Source of the DNA: a phage
NCBI GenBank assembly: GCA_028522875.1
Contig: GCA_028522875.1_3659.1
Length of the DNA stretch: 64,000 nt
Strand: one strand, 5' to 3'
The notes under the pieces are model-generated. The model ran no database searches. It was not told the DNA's origin and saw only the letters and a program-made list of their open reading frames with translations. This document shows positions 54,601-64,000 of the stretch, piece by piece. Position numbers and translations under genes: made by a program. Each line of letters opens with the position of its first letter. Position 1 is the stretch's first letter.

Positions 54601-57600
54601 ATGCTTCCAATCCCTTTGCTAAAACTTGGTCGTCATTTCCTCGATAAGAGGGGTGGAATTAAGGAACTTGCTGTTCTGTCATACCCAATAGACAACAGTG
54701 ACGGTACAAGCACTGCAGTATCCTATGTAAACAGCTTAGCTATACTTTTTGACGATGGTCAACTTAATATTACGGGCTATAACAAGTTCGGGGAGTGTCG
54801 CACTGGGGATCGTAACCCTATAAACTACCCGAGCGAAACAGCATGGAATGTTGATCATGTGTGGAGAGCAGACCGTGCGTTTGTGATCCGGACTTTTGAT
54901 AATCAGTTTTTCTACATCGGCTGCACTGCAGGTCTTATCGGATCCACTGCGGCGGGTGGTAATGATGTTTGTGTCAGAGAGTGGACACCTTTGCCGGAAC
55001 AGATCGTAACAGGGTTGCATTTGGACACCCATCCTGAGAGACTTGTTGAAGTAATGGGTGGCATAAACAATACAGTGTGGGTAATTGCTGCACCAGAGGC
55101 TGATGGTATGCTTCACCTGTACGGCTCTGGCAATAATACTTACGGCTCTCTTCATGTTGACAAAAATCAACACGCTACTCCAGTTAAGATTGGTGAATCA
55201 TCTGAAAGTCCAGAGACAGGTCCTTGGAAAAATCCAAGAATTAATTGTGAAGTTCATGACAACTCGGTTATTTTTGGTGGTCCTAACGGATTCTGGATTG
55301 CAGGTTACGATTTCTTAAGAAATAACAGCAAAAACACACCAGTTTATCCAGCCGAGCATGTGACTCTTGACCAGTTTAAAGGCATCCCAGTGGGCGAGAC
55401 ATGGAAAGGGTTCATGTGTGGACCTAATGGTGCAATTATAGCCACAGAAAGGATGCACAAACCTGATGACCAACAACTTGTTAATGTGTTTTATGGTCAG
55501 GATGTTTGGGGTGACGACACGTGGAGAAGCCTTAACATCACCTATACCCATGAAGTAATTATGGCTCGCGGGTACGGGACTAGTGGAATTTTCTTCAATA
55601 ATGGTACAAAACAGTACCGTGGTTTCTCCAGAAACCTGTGTAACGATATTGGTGCTCAATCTGCTAATAATAATCCTAGGGCCAATTTTATTCATTACAG
55701 AGCGCTGGCAACAGCTAAGTTTGTTGAACAGACAGAGCCAGTAAGCTGGACAGAAAGCGTTTATTTTCAAGGGATCCACAGGGAAGGTTTCTTAGGCACA
55801 TTCTGTGTGGTAAATGGAAAGCTTTGGTGGTCAGGTATCCCAAGGGGCAGTTTTTCAGGCTCTAATAACCTGTTCGGCGGCAGACTTAACAGCCAAGGGT
55901 TCACAGAGATTCCTGAGAATTGGTATAAAAATGTTCCGGTAGATAGCTGGAGTATCGAAGACATCTTTGATGTCAATGGTGTAAGCAGTGTTAGCAATAT
56001 ATACATTGGCGACACTGTCAAAATGAAGTTGAAACCTCAACCGGAGGGTGCTACGTTCATTATTGACAAGATTGAGCTCGTGAACGCTGCAGGTACTGTT
56101 GTTACAGATGCAAACTATCAGTTCTCTACTAACTGGAACCATGGCGGTGCTAACGAGATTGTGGTTACCCAGCATAACCGTAACATCAACAGACGCGGTC
56201 TGTATTCTGTCAAGATCACCTATCATGATAAACATGGCGCTGGAAGAACCCACACCACACGAAACTTAAACTGGAACATTATAGTTCCTGCATATCCGTC
56301 AGACGGCAAATGGCACACTGTTGGCAGGAAGAAACAGTTCCATGTAAACGATACTGTATACTTTGGGCTTAACGGCTCTCAGCCTGCTCCAGAAAGCGAT
56401 ACAGCATATATGGTTAGGCTTCACAGGCAAGATGCCGGATCTACCACGTATGATGTGACCCAGGAGATCTACGACCAGAGACGCAGTATCTATGACAATC
56501 TTGTGAAAACACAAGCCTTGTGGGAGTTCAACCCTAACGGCAAAGGCGGGAAGATGCTGCAGGTTAACGAGCAGAACGGAACATCGTTAACAGTGCACGA
56601 GCATGCTGATCCATGGCCTGATCCTGGTAAGCCTCACCCAGGTGCTCGCACACTGAAAGTTGTTAGCCACAACGCAGGGTATTTCGGGATACGTTGGGAA
56701 GCTACAGTAAAATATGTTGATGGAACAACAAACAATATAGGTATTACTCTGGGTGGTACCAGTGAAGATAGTTCTCTGAAAATTGCCTACACCCCTAGAG
56801 GCATCTCTATTGACAATATGGATATAGTTCGTAACGGTTACGGTGATGTAAACATCAAAGTTACCCTCGGTGAACATCTTGGTGGAGAAAGGATCATCAT
56901 GTATGCCTTTGACCATGATCCTCGCACCAATGGAACCTATGCAAATCAGGCGTGGAGTTACCTGATAAATGCACCTGAGCCAAATACTAAAGAGTTTTAT
57001 TATGGTATGAAGCGCGATGTGTGCAAGAAAACAGGAACACATGACTGGATCGCTATCTGCGTTAAAGATGAGCGGACAGCTTGGGACGAGCCTGTTAACA
57101 GATGGTTCATAGGAATCCCAACCAGAAGTGATAAATATGTCACAGAATATATTGTGTGCATGGGCGGCACCAACCTGAACCTGTGTTGGAACGAAGATGC
57201 AAACAAATATTCCGATTATGACTATATGAGAGATATCTCTTGTAATCAGTGGTTTAACCAGACTACAGGTTACCCTCCGCGTCAGGCGAGAGTAAACCCT
57301 GCAATCTTCACAGATACGCAGGTTTTCTTGACAAAACAGGCCAACGAGGTTCAGACCTTCAAGAACAAATACGACCCTAACAAGTGGTTTTATAACTGTT
57401 ATGGCGCATTTTTCTGGGGTCCGGGGGAACTACCTAACGGGGGATCTTGCTTCGAGGCTGCAACCTATGGCAGCGACTATATTATGGGGCAAGTCAAGAA
57501 ATACAAAATGATCCCTGGTCCTGAAACCCTGGGTAATGCTGTTGACCCGTATATAGTCTTCTCGTCTGTCCATGCAAATATGAACGGAGAGAAGTATCCG

Positions 57601-60237
57601 TTCGACGTTCCGGTAGCCAATAGATACAGACGTGTCGTGATGATCATTAAGTGCGACCTGATAGGTAAGCAAGTTCCTGCTGAAAACGGAACATCAACAC
57701 ACCCGTTTGAAATTGCTCTGCACTACCAATTTGCAGATTCGCCTTTTGCAGGGGATAAGAGAATATCTGATACAGATGCACAGCGTTGTAAGAAGGTATT
57801 GTTAGGTGCTGGATGGTGGTGGTATGAGTTTGACTTGACAGACAAACTCACAGACAACACAAAAACTCTTACAGGTATTCGTCTGGACCTTGGTGAAAAC
57901 ATGCACAAAAGTGTCTGCGATGGCACCTATGGTGATCCTACAGTACACTTGAAATATGTTTCTCTTGAGCATCCGGAGGAAACTGTTATTGGCCCCAAAC
58001 TGAGACTGTTTGGCAGCTGGATTGCTAAAGACAGAGTAGGAATGGGTAAAAAGGTAAGAGGATTCCTGATGGATGCGGGGACAGAAGACATGCTGGTTAA
58101 TGCAGTGTGGCCTACTCTAGAGGGAACCGACTACAACAATGCTGCAAGATCTGTCAACTGGTTTAACATCCACAGAGCCATGTGGACTACCAACTGCTAT
58201 TTGTGGAGAGAGCTTAACGATAATGCCTTCGGCTTCAGCAATGGCAGAAGGATGGCTATCATTTGCTGGACAACACTGCAACGTTGCTATGACCACAACT
58301 ATGAAATAGGTGGTAGAGCGTGGAAAGACACCAGGGATAGAATTGTGTACAACTTTGCAGACGACAACGGTGGTGGAGCGTATAACTTCGGCACAAGCAG
58401 ACTTATCCACTTAAACGGATCCTCGGCCTACAAGAAAGAAGGTTACTCTGGATCCATGATTGAGTGGGGTCTGGTAAAAGATGCTCGCGTATTGATGGGC
58501 CAACAACTTGCTGCTGCAATAGGTCCTAACGCAGTGCAATCTGTTAAACCAGCGTGGTTCGATATTCCATTGTGGTCATCCGGCACACCAGGGACTGCTG
58601 CAATCAATCCTACCACGGGAGATCTGGAAATCTCTTGGGAAGACTTGAAGCAGGTTGGGGGCTGGGATAAGACAGGGTATCAGGTGCAGTGGTGGAAATC
58701 TGACGGATCGTTAGCAGCTGATGAGTTTGTTAAGGACAATTTCTACACCATGTCTTCTGCAAAAGCACAGCAATTGTTTGGTCAGGCCACTCCGTCAACG
58801 ATCACCATGTCTATGTGTTGTAAAGACAACAGGACTGGAGCTCTGGGACCAAGGGTTGCTAAAGTTTTCTCAGGTATCAAATGGAATCTACCTGTTCAAA
58901 GTGTTTCATGGAAGCAAATAGGTGATAACAGGCTGCTGGTTACTCCTGCTTGCCAGTTCAACGCAACTCTTAACGTTGTTCCGGTTGTTGCAGCAAACTC
59001 AGCCAAAGCTTCTGACTTCTCTGTGTCTAACACTGCCATGGCAGATGTGAGAAAGATTGACACACTGAATGCAAGAATCACCTGTAAAAACACTTATGGC
59101 ACCTTCCAGGTTATCAACAACTTCACAGATGCCGATTCTAAGGTGGTGAGAACCGCAAGCCAGACCTTGCGTTTAGGGACTTTGGCTTATGCAGCATTGA
59201 TCACTGAGCAGTCATCTACCCTTCAGGGTGGTGGCGTAGGCAAGTCTATTACAACACCTGTTTGGAAGCCTAACGAGTGGGTTGTGTTTGATTTGACTGT
59301 TGACTTCTCCAGTGATAATAACTGGACGTGGGTAAGGGATTGCTTGTCTCAGTTAATGGGTGGTCCAAGCTCTATCAGGGATAGCCACGACTCTACCGAT
59401 CCTGGCGTGTTCCAAGTGGGTAAAACTCACCCAGAGACCGGGGCTACATTGCCTGACAGGAAGTATGCTTTGGTTTGCATCTCCCACGGCAAGGCCGATG
59501 TCACATTCTCAGGGACACATACTTATAACGGAACCTACAACTTCTCAAGAAAATACAGCCTCAAGGCTGGGAATATTGTAGATGAGGTTGGGGTGTTGTA
59601 TAACCCTGGCAATGGCATAGGTATTGTTGGCGGTAAACTGCAGATGCAGGAACCCTCTATCACCCCTTCCAACGTAACAGGGATCAGAAAGACTTGGGAA
59701 AGTAGTAATACTGGCATAGCAACCGTTGATGCTAACACAGGACTGGTAACATTTAAAGCGCCCGGTAATGTCAACATAACGTTTGTAGTTACGGATGATG
59801 CAGGCCGCAAGACGTCTTCAACATCTTTCACTGTCAAACAGATGACACCACAGTGGAGAATGTGGATAGGCAGAGCAACAAACGGGGCATACCCAAATCC
59901 GGCAGGGACTTCAGGAATGAAGACTTTCTCTGCAAGCAGACCGATGGAGTATGGCAGCGGTCCTAAAGTAGGGCAAATGGTGTACTTCGGCGCATATATT
60001 CCTGAAATTATAGGGCTTCCGAGAAATCAGATCCAGTTGCTGTTCGGATCTGGAGTTGACGAGCTTGCTACTTTCGGGTATAGCGATAACATCGAGGCTG
60101 CAAGAAGTTCCGGATGGGTAGGGTTCAGACTGCAGTTGGCAGTAGAAGGCAGGGTCATGGGGTTTGGCTCCATAGGTGCCATGCTTCCTGGTGATCAGCA
60201 GTATGATCTTGAAGCTTATGCAACTTTCTCTCGTTAA
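54601..60237 (+). CDS. giant virion-associated adhesin-like protein (1878 aa) with C-terminal Big2-like Ig domain
   Basis: Single uninterrupted ORF with GGAGAA RBS; repeated GxNxxG(x)L/Y beta-propeller-like segments near N-terminus; Big2-like segment GIRKTWESSNTGIATVDANTGLVTFKAPGNVNITFVVTDDAGRK. Confidence 0.5.
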   Translation: MLPIPLLKLGRHFLDKRGGIKELAVLSYPIDNSDGTSTAVSYVNSLAILFDDGQLNITGYNKFGECRTGDRNPINYPSETAWNVDHVWRADRAFVIRTFDNQFFYIGCTAGLIGSTAAGGNDVCVREWTPLPEQIVTGLHLDTHPERLVEVMGGINNTVWVIAAPEADGMLHLYGSGNNTYGSLHVDKNQHATPVKIGESSESPETGPWKNPRINCEVHDNSVIFGGPNGFWIAGYDFLRNNSKNTPVYPAEHVTLDQFKGIPVGETWKGFMCGPNGAIIATERMHKPDDQQLVNVFYGQDVWGDDTWRSLNITYTHEVIMARGYGTSGIFFNNGTKQYRGFSRNLCNDIGAQSANNNPRANFIHYRALATAKFVEQTEPVSWTESVYFQGIHREGFLGTFCVVNGKLWWSGIPRGSFSGSNNLFGGRLNSQGFTEIPENWYKNVPVDSWSIEDIFDVNGVSSVSNIYIGDTVKMKLKPQPEGATFIIDKIELVNAAGTVVTDANYQFSTNWNHGGANEIVVTQHNRNINRRGLYSVKITYHDKHGAGRTHTTRNLNWNIIVPAYPSDGKWHTVGRKKQFHVNDTVYFGLNGSQPAPESDTAYMVRLHRQDAGSTTYDVTQEIYDQRRSIYDNLVKTQALWEFNPNGKGGKMLQVNEQNGTSLTVHEHADPWPDPGKPHPGARTLKVVSHNAGYFGIRWEATVKYVDGTTNNIGITLGGTSEDSSLKIAYTPRGISIDNMDIVRNGYGDVNIKVTLGEHLGGERIIMYAFDHDPRTNGTYANQAWSYLINAPEPNTKEFYYGMKRDVCKKTGTHDWIAICVKDERTAWDEPVNRWFIGIPTRSDKYVTEYIVCMGGTNLNLCWNEDANKYSDYDYMRDISCNQWFNQTTGYPPRQARVNPAIFTDTQVFLTKQANEVQTFKNKYDPNKWFYNCYGAFFWGPGELPNGGSCFEAATYGSDYIMGQVKKYKMIPGPETLGNAVDPYIVFSSVHANMNGEKYPFDVPVANRYRRVVMIIKCDLIGKQVPAENGTSTHPFEIALHYQFADSPFAGDKRISDTDAQRCKKVLLGAGWWWYEFDLTDKLTDNTKTLTGIRLDLGENMHKSVCDGTYGDPTVHLKYVSLEHPEETVIGPKLRLFGSWIAKDRVGMGKKVRGFLMDAGTEDMLVNAVWPTLEGTDYNNAARSVNWFNIHRAMWTTNCYLWRELNDNAFGFSNGRRMAIICWTTLQRCYDHNYEIGGRAWKDTRDRIVYNFADDNGGGAYNFGTSRLIHLNGSSAYKKEGYSGSMIEWGLVKDARVLMGQQLAAAIGPNAVQSVKPAWFDIPLWSSGTPGTAAINPTTGDLEISWEDLKQVGGWDKTGYQVQWWKSDGSLAADEFVKDNFYTMSSAKAQQLFGQATPSTITMSMCCKDNRTGALGPRVAKVFSGIKWNLPVQSVSWKQIGDNRLLVTPACQFNATLNVVPVVAANSAKASDFSVSNTAMADVRKIDTLNARITCKNTYGTFQVINNFTDADSKVVRTASQTLRLGTLAYAALITEQSSTLQGGGVGKSITTPVWKPNEWVVFDLTVDFSSDNNWTWVRDCLSQLMGGPSSIRDSHDSTDPGVFQVGKTHPETGATLPDRKYALVCISHGKADVTFSGTHTYNGTYNFSRKYSLKAGNIVDEVGVLYNPGNGIGIVGGKLQMQEPSITPSNVTGIRKTWESSNTGIATVDANTGLVTFKAPGNVNITFVVTDDAGRKTSSTSFTVKQMTPQWRMWIGRATNGAYPNPAGTSGMKTFSASRPMEYGSGPKVGQMVYFGAYIPEIIGLPRNQIQLLFGSGVDELATFGYSDNIEAARSSGWVGFRLQLAVEGRVMGFGSIGAMLPGDQQYDLEAYATFSR

Positions 60238-60245
60238 CGGGGGGT

Positions 60246-60280
60246 AAATAAAAAGGGGCCAAACGGCCCCTTTCTTTTTA
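60246..60280. terminator. bidirectional intrinsic terminator between convergent gene blocks
   Basis: AAAGGGGCC-AAAC-GGCCCCTTT flanked by A-run upstream and T-run downstream. Confidence 0.7.
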
Positions 60281-60283
60281 TAA

Positions 60284-60484
60284 TTAATAATATTCCCAAC
60301 ACGACCCATCTTCAGACGGCTGGACGCGTTTACCTTTGTGGTCAACGTAGATATAGCCGCAACCTTCGCAGATAACAGGTGCTGCATAACCTTCCTTCCA
60401 CTGATCTTCTGTGATTAGTCCTTCCAGATCTCCGCAATCGTGACCAAACAACTCTTCAGAACAGTCTTTACAAAAATCAGCCAT
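60284..60484 (-). CDS. small zinc-ribbon-like protein (66 aa)
   Basis: CKDC...CGD...CEGC Cys spacing; GAGGA RBS; start 4 nt after upstream stop. Confidence 0.35.
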   Translation of the reverse strand: MADFCKDCSEELFGHDCGDLEGLITEDQWKEGYAAPVICEGCGYIYVDHKGKRVQPSEDGSCWEYY

Positions 60485-60487
60485 TTA

Positions 60488-60895
60488 TCAGTCCTCGCAT
60501 TTAATAAATTTTTCTACAGACCCGCCAAGAACAGCTTGTTGCTTGAGGGCGCTTTCTTCATCGTAGTGAATAGATTTATGTTCCGTGCCTCCAAACTTAC
60601 CTGTGTGGAAGGTATGCACCCAAATCTCTTTGGGGAGTGAGTTACCCTCTTCCTTCACCAACTCCCACATTCCCCACAAATGATCCGTAATATCACGGAT
60701 AAAATATCCCTCACCGAGGTTTGTATTAACACTGTAGGCAGATTTATGATCCCCGCAAGTATAACGGACGGCAGTGTATTCCTTGCCTGCTGTAAAATGG
60801 GTATCCATGATTATAGCTGTTATAGAGCTGGGGTCTCGAAAGCCTAAGAATTTTAGCTTAACAATTTCGACTTTTATATTTGTAAGATTATCCAT
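60488..60895 (-). CDS. hypothetical protein with His-rich putative metal site (135 aa)
   Basis: Preceded by minus-strand promoter; HTFHTGKFGGTEHKSIHYDEE segment. Confidence 0.35.
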   Translation of the reverse strand: MDNLTNIKVEIVKLKFLGFRDPSSITAIIMDTHFTAGKEYTAVRYTCGDHKSAYSVNTNLGEGYFIRDITDHLWGMWELVKEEGNSLPKEIWVHTFHTGKFGGTEHKSIHYDEESALKQQAVLGGSVEKFIKCED

Positions 60896-60924
60896 GACAG
60901 TCTCCTCTGCTTGGTTGGTGGGAT

Positions 60925-60953
60925 AATCATATAAAAATTCTGCGTTGATGTCA
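60925..60953 (-). promoter_or_regulatory. sigma70-like promoter on minus strand (TTGACA-N17-TATGAT)
   Basis: Minus-strand -35 TTGACA at 60948-60953 and -10 TATGAT at 60925-60930; upstream of ATG at 60895. Confidence 0.55.
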
Positions 60954-61058
60954 AGCTTAATTTTAAGCGATTTAAGAGGGTGTTTGTTTCAGGAAGGCAA
61001 TCACATAGGGTGGGGCAATTTATGAAGGCACAGGCCTCGTTTGAGGCCTTAAATTCTA

Positions 61059-61439
61059 TTATGACACTTTGACATAGCGCTCTGACAAAGCTGGGAAGCC
61101 AAAAGTAGTGCCTATACTACCATAGGCTATCCACCATTGAAGTTCATCGTGACACCATTTTCCGATCAGGAAGGTGCTGGGATAGCGGGTCAGTATTTTG
61201 GCATAAGCTTTAGGATCTGCATCTTCTGGGATAATGATGCTTGGAACATCTTTGTTATGACCACAGCAGCAGTTTAGAGTTTTCAATCCTGCCGCCCATA
61301 GACTCATGATAGGTTTAGCCATGCACTTATCAAGGCACACACGTTTTTTGCCGTCACGGAGCTTTTTAGGCACATCAACGATAACATTTGGATGCTTGGC
61401 ACCTTTCACTTTCCAATTATATGATTTACACTTGCACAT
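61059..61439 (-). CDS. Cys-rich hypothetical protein (126 aa)
   Basis: Multiple Cys (MCKCKS..., LNCCCGHNKD); no confident family. Confidence 0.3.
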   Translation of the reverse strand: MCKCKSYNWKVKGAKHPNVIVDVPKKLRDGKKRVCLDKCMAKPIMSLWAAGLKTLNCCCGHNKDVPSIIIPEDADPKAYAKILTRYPSTFLIGKWCHDELQWWIAYGSIGTTFGFPALSERYVKVS

Positions 61440-61491
61440 TTAGTCAGTCTCCATCTAGAAAGCCATACTATTACGTTTTTGAGGCATACCT

Positions 61492-61662
61492 TACTTAAAG
61501 TCTTTGTCACCTATCACGATTGCACGAATCCACTCATTGTGATGTTTAATGGCGGTAAGGTGTAACATAATGCAGTGATTGTCATTGCTAAACACGGTGC
61601 GGTAAGCTTTAGCAGCACCATGATATAACTTCCACATCAGGTAATGATATCTTCGTTTCATG
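61492..61662 (-). CDS. small hypothetical protein (56 aa, below ORF-track cutoff)
   Basis: ATG overlaps stop of upstream HAD gene in ATGA arrangement; basic protein MKRRYHYLMWKLYHG... Confidence 0.25.
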
Positions 61663-62137
61663 GCTCTTTCTCCGGCTCAGGGTCTGGGTAATCTTCAATA
61701 ATAAAGGGCCATCCGTTCCGCTTAGCATCAGACTTGTACTCAATCTCCTTCATTGCAAACTCTAACTGATTTTTAGCCGGAATACATGCCGGAGAATCAT
61801 CAATCCAGATATCTGGGTAGATATCAAACTGCGCCAGGTAGGCTGCCTTCTGAACACCGCCAGTATAAAACACCCCAACATCAAGCTCCTTGCGCCAATA
61901 TTCAATGTCCACGTTGTCTTGAGTGATGAACCGAGAAGTCACAAGGTAGACTGTCCACCTCTCCTTCTTCAGATCCCTGATCAGGCGGGAGAAGATGAAA
62001 GGGCTCGCATTAAACGTTCCATCAAAGTCAATGGCAATGATGTGTGTGCCGTGGCGAGTCTCATATGGATTGCTCGTGGTAAGATTGCTGTAGTTAAAAG
62101 GAACTTCTTCCCCGCAGTAGCTGTAGTCCATATTCAC
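61658..62137 (-). CDS. HAD-superfamily phosphatase (putative nucleotidase / polynucleotide 3'-phosphatase)
   Basis: 159 aa; HAD motif I IIAIDFDGT; size typical of small phage HAD phosphatases. Confidence 0.5.
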   Translation of the reverse strand: MNMDYSYCGEEVPFNYSNLTTSNPYETRHGTHIIAIDFDGTFNASPFIFSRLIRDLKKERWTVYLVTSRFITQDNVDIEYWRKELDVGVFYTGGVQKAAYLAQFDIYPDIWIDDSPACIPAKNQLEFAMKEIEYKSDAKRNGWPFIIEDYPDPEPEKEP

Positions 62138-62409
62138 ACCTTCTCGTTGATAAATTTACGGGCGGTTTGGTGAGTTGTTTCTGCTGTCTTCAGAATGATA
62201 TTAATCTTATTGTCAAGATCATTCATCTCTGCAGTTAATTCAGGAATCTCTCCAGCATGCATAGTGAAATCATACATAGACATGCCCAGAATCTCATTGA
62301 TGCGGCGGTTGCATTCTGCAGCACGCTGGTTCATTTTCCAAGCTAACACCAAAGCCTCCTGCGTAGCCTCTAGTGCAAAATCTAATACGTCGGCCTCTTC
62401 TTTCGTCAT
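62134..62409 (-). CDS. hypothetical protein (91 aa)
   Basis: Helical; 4-nt overlap with downstream gene. Confidence 0.3.
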   Translation of the reverse strand: MTKEEADVLDFALEATQEALVLAWKMNQRAAECNRRINEILGMSMYDFTMHAGEIPELTAEMNDLDNKINIILKTAETTHQTARKFINEKV

Positions 62410-62466
62410 CTCAGTCTCTCCTGTTGTATTGTTGGTAGGTGTATGAATACCTTATAACTCACCTTT

Positions 62467-63033
62467 TTATTCAAACTGCAATAGTAAGTCCACCACCGCG
62501 CTAGGTCTGTCAACAAATTCCCCAGGTCCACATGCCCACAGAGGGTATCCGTCCACATACCTCCAAATCCAACCTGCAGTGTGTAGCTCAAGCAGGGCAG
62601 TACCGTCCTTACTGTCAACCACTCTTTCCCACAGTGTTGGGCAGCGAAGCTTGAGAATCGGATCACCTCCCTTATACCCGTCCATGTAGATACCCATTGC
62701 AAAGTTCAGCATCATCTTTTTGTGCACTGATCTCTTACTGAGGGTGCTCATCACTTCCTCTTTGTGAATGTTTGTAAGCTTCTCTTTGGCTACCCGCAGA
62801 TCGTTGCAACCATTGTTCAGCAGATCTTCCAGACACTTGATCCGGAGGTCGTGAATGTCTTTGTCGTGTACCGTTGGCACAGGGTCGTAGCGGTATAGCA
62901 CTGTTGATACAAGGTTGCTCGGGTGTGGGTCTGACAGCAACCCATAACCCCAATACTCTTCTGTATCTGAAAGGACAAGACACCCAATGTCTCTGTCAAG
63001 CTTTCCTGTGTTGTAAGCCACATTGACCGCCAT
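62467..63033 (-). CDS. hypothetical protein (188 aa)
   Basis: ORF in minus-strand gene train; no motif. Confidence 0.35.
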   Translation of the reverse strand: MAVNVAYNTGKLDRDIGCLVLSDTEEYWGYGLLSDPHPSNLVSTVLYRYDPVPTVHDKDIHDLRIKCLEDLLNNGCNDLRVAKEKLTNIHKEEVMSTLSKRSVHKKMMLNFAMGIYMDGYKGGDPILKLRCPTLWERVVDSKDGTALLELHTAGWIWRYVDGYPLWACGPGEFVDRPSAVVDLLLQFE

Positions 63034-63035
63034 GA

Positions 63036-63281
63036 CTATAGCTCCACTAGCAAAGTGCTTTCAAAGTGCCGTTCATGCAGACCGTTGTAAGGGACCACTT
63101 CCACAACACCATCACGGACATACGGGGCCATCATAGTGGTATAATCTCCAAACGGGTTGGTATTGTCACTAACCACAACCACCTTCTGCCCTTCCTTGGC
63201 AGAGTGCCAAATAGATCTGCACTTCATCAGGTGTTCTAGAGCTCCAGGTAAAATTTTGTTACGTTCTTTACGGGTCTTCAT
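63036..63281 (-). CDS. hypothetical protein (81 aa)
   Basis: Tightly packed with neighbours. Confidence 0.3.
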   Translation of the reverse strand: MKTRKERNKILPGALEHLMKCRSIWHSAKEGQKVVVVSDNTNPFGDYTTMMAPYVRDGVVEVVPYNGLHERHFESTLLVEL

Positions 63282-63727
63282 AACAGGTATAGCTCCTTAT
63301 GAAAGTGGTCTTTTAATTTCTCACTGAGAAACTTCTTGATACCTTCCTCTAAAGTGTTTTCGATGTAGTCCAGCTTAACTGCTTCGATGGACATATCATA
63401 GATCGCCAGCTCTAAGCTGTCAAGTCCCATCATAGCATGAACCATAAGATTTTCATCTTCAGATACATTCAGTGGACTTCCTATAACATCTGTAGGTAGG
63501 ATAGTTTCCCAATTATTCTGGGGGGTAGTTCTCCCACCATCCACTTTACGGCGCAGTTCGAAGGTGTTCTTAGTGTAGAACACTTCATAAGAAACGATAC
63601 GACTATCGCTTTCATAATAAACGAAGTTCAGGTAGGAGCCTAGCCGCAGTCGGCAAACTTCTACCCCAAACCATTGTTTCTTATAAGAATTCAGGCTAAT
63701 GCTGTCGCATTCACGTTTGCTCAACAC
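63278..63727 (-). CDS. hypothetical protein (149 aa)
   Basis: 4-nt overlap with downstream gene. Confidence 0.3.
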   Translation of the reverse strand: MLSKRECDSISLNSYKKQWFGVEVCRLRLGSYLNFVYYESDSRIVSYEVFYTKNTFELRRKVDGGRTTPQNNWETILPTDVIGSPLNVSEDENLMVHAMMGLDSLELAIYDMSIEAVKLDYIENTLEEGIKKFLSEKLKDHFHKELYLL

Positions 63728-63743
63728 GGCTATCTCCTTTTTG

Positions 63744-63977
63744 TTAATCTTCGTAAATCAGGATTTCTGCTTTAGGTTTTCGTGCTTTCAGGTCCAGCTC
63801 TATCCAGTGCACCATAGCTGTTTCAAGAAAAACAGCTTGGATGCATCCGTCCTCAGCGTGCCCCACCAACATAACGAGATCTTCACCTTCGTCATCTGCA
63901 TCACGAACATAAAGAATCTCTCCAGATTCAAAGTCTTTCACAACCTGATTGCTAGATAATTTACGAATTTTTGCCAT
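63744..63977 (-). CDS. hypothetical acidic protein (77 aa)
   Basis: ORF near window end; AGGGTT RBS-like; no motif. Confidence 0.3.
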   Translation of the reverse strand: MAKIRKLSSNQVVKDFESGEILYVRDADDEGEDLVMLVGHAEDGCIQAVFLETAMVHWIELDLKARKPKAEILIYED

Positions 63978-64000
63978 ATCAGAAACCCTCTAAAAAGCTC

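Noticed and set aside
1-64000. Prophage or integrative element
   Set aside because: No integrase/recombinase, repressor, att-like direct repeats or flanking bacterial genes seen; gene content (tRNAs, ligases, introns in terminase, large fibre block) fits a virulent phage.

Overview
The window reads as one contiguous ~64 kb stretch of a virulent tailed dsDNA phage genome; no integrase, repressor or att-like signatures were seen. The host is probably enterobacterial-like (inference from sigma70-type promoters and E. coli-like optimal codons in head and tail genes). All calls are from reading the sequence and ORF track by eye, with no database search, so every family assignment is motif-level. 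Layout: (1) 0.1-5.7 kb, minus strand: lambda-R-like endolysin, ATP-dependent DNA ligase, MazG-like protein, Sir2-like protein, RNA-ligase-like protein. (2) 5.7-6.7 kb, plus strand: P-loop polynucleotide-kinase-like protein and a metallophosphoesterase, which with the ligase-like gene form a candidate tRNA healing/sealing module. (3) 6.8-10.5 kb: an HTH-like protein, four tandem palindromic sites with an AT-rich repeat region, two GC-rich structured non-coding islands, and a tRNA cluster (Arg, Tyr, Ser, Thr, Met, Pro plus one atypical tRNA-like element) under a near-consensus promoter. (4) 10.9-60.2 kb, plus strand: spanin pair, a terminase large-subunit gene interrupted by two related group I-like introns each carrying an HNH endonuclease ORF, portal, scaffold, major capsid, sheath/tube-like tail genes, a tail chaperone with a canonical -1 frameshift site, tape measure, and a very large baseplate/fibre block with duplicated fibres and an 1878-aa Big2-containing protein. 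(5) 60.3-64 kb, minus strand: small genes including a HAD-family phosphatase. The structural block is punctuated by GC-hairpin terminators, each followed by a member of a recurring TTGaca-N14-TGn-TAAAAT promoter family. The most notable items are the intron-split terminase, the RNA-repair/Sir2 cluster, the iteron-like palindrome array and the two structured non-coding islands.
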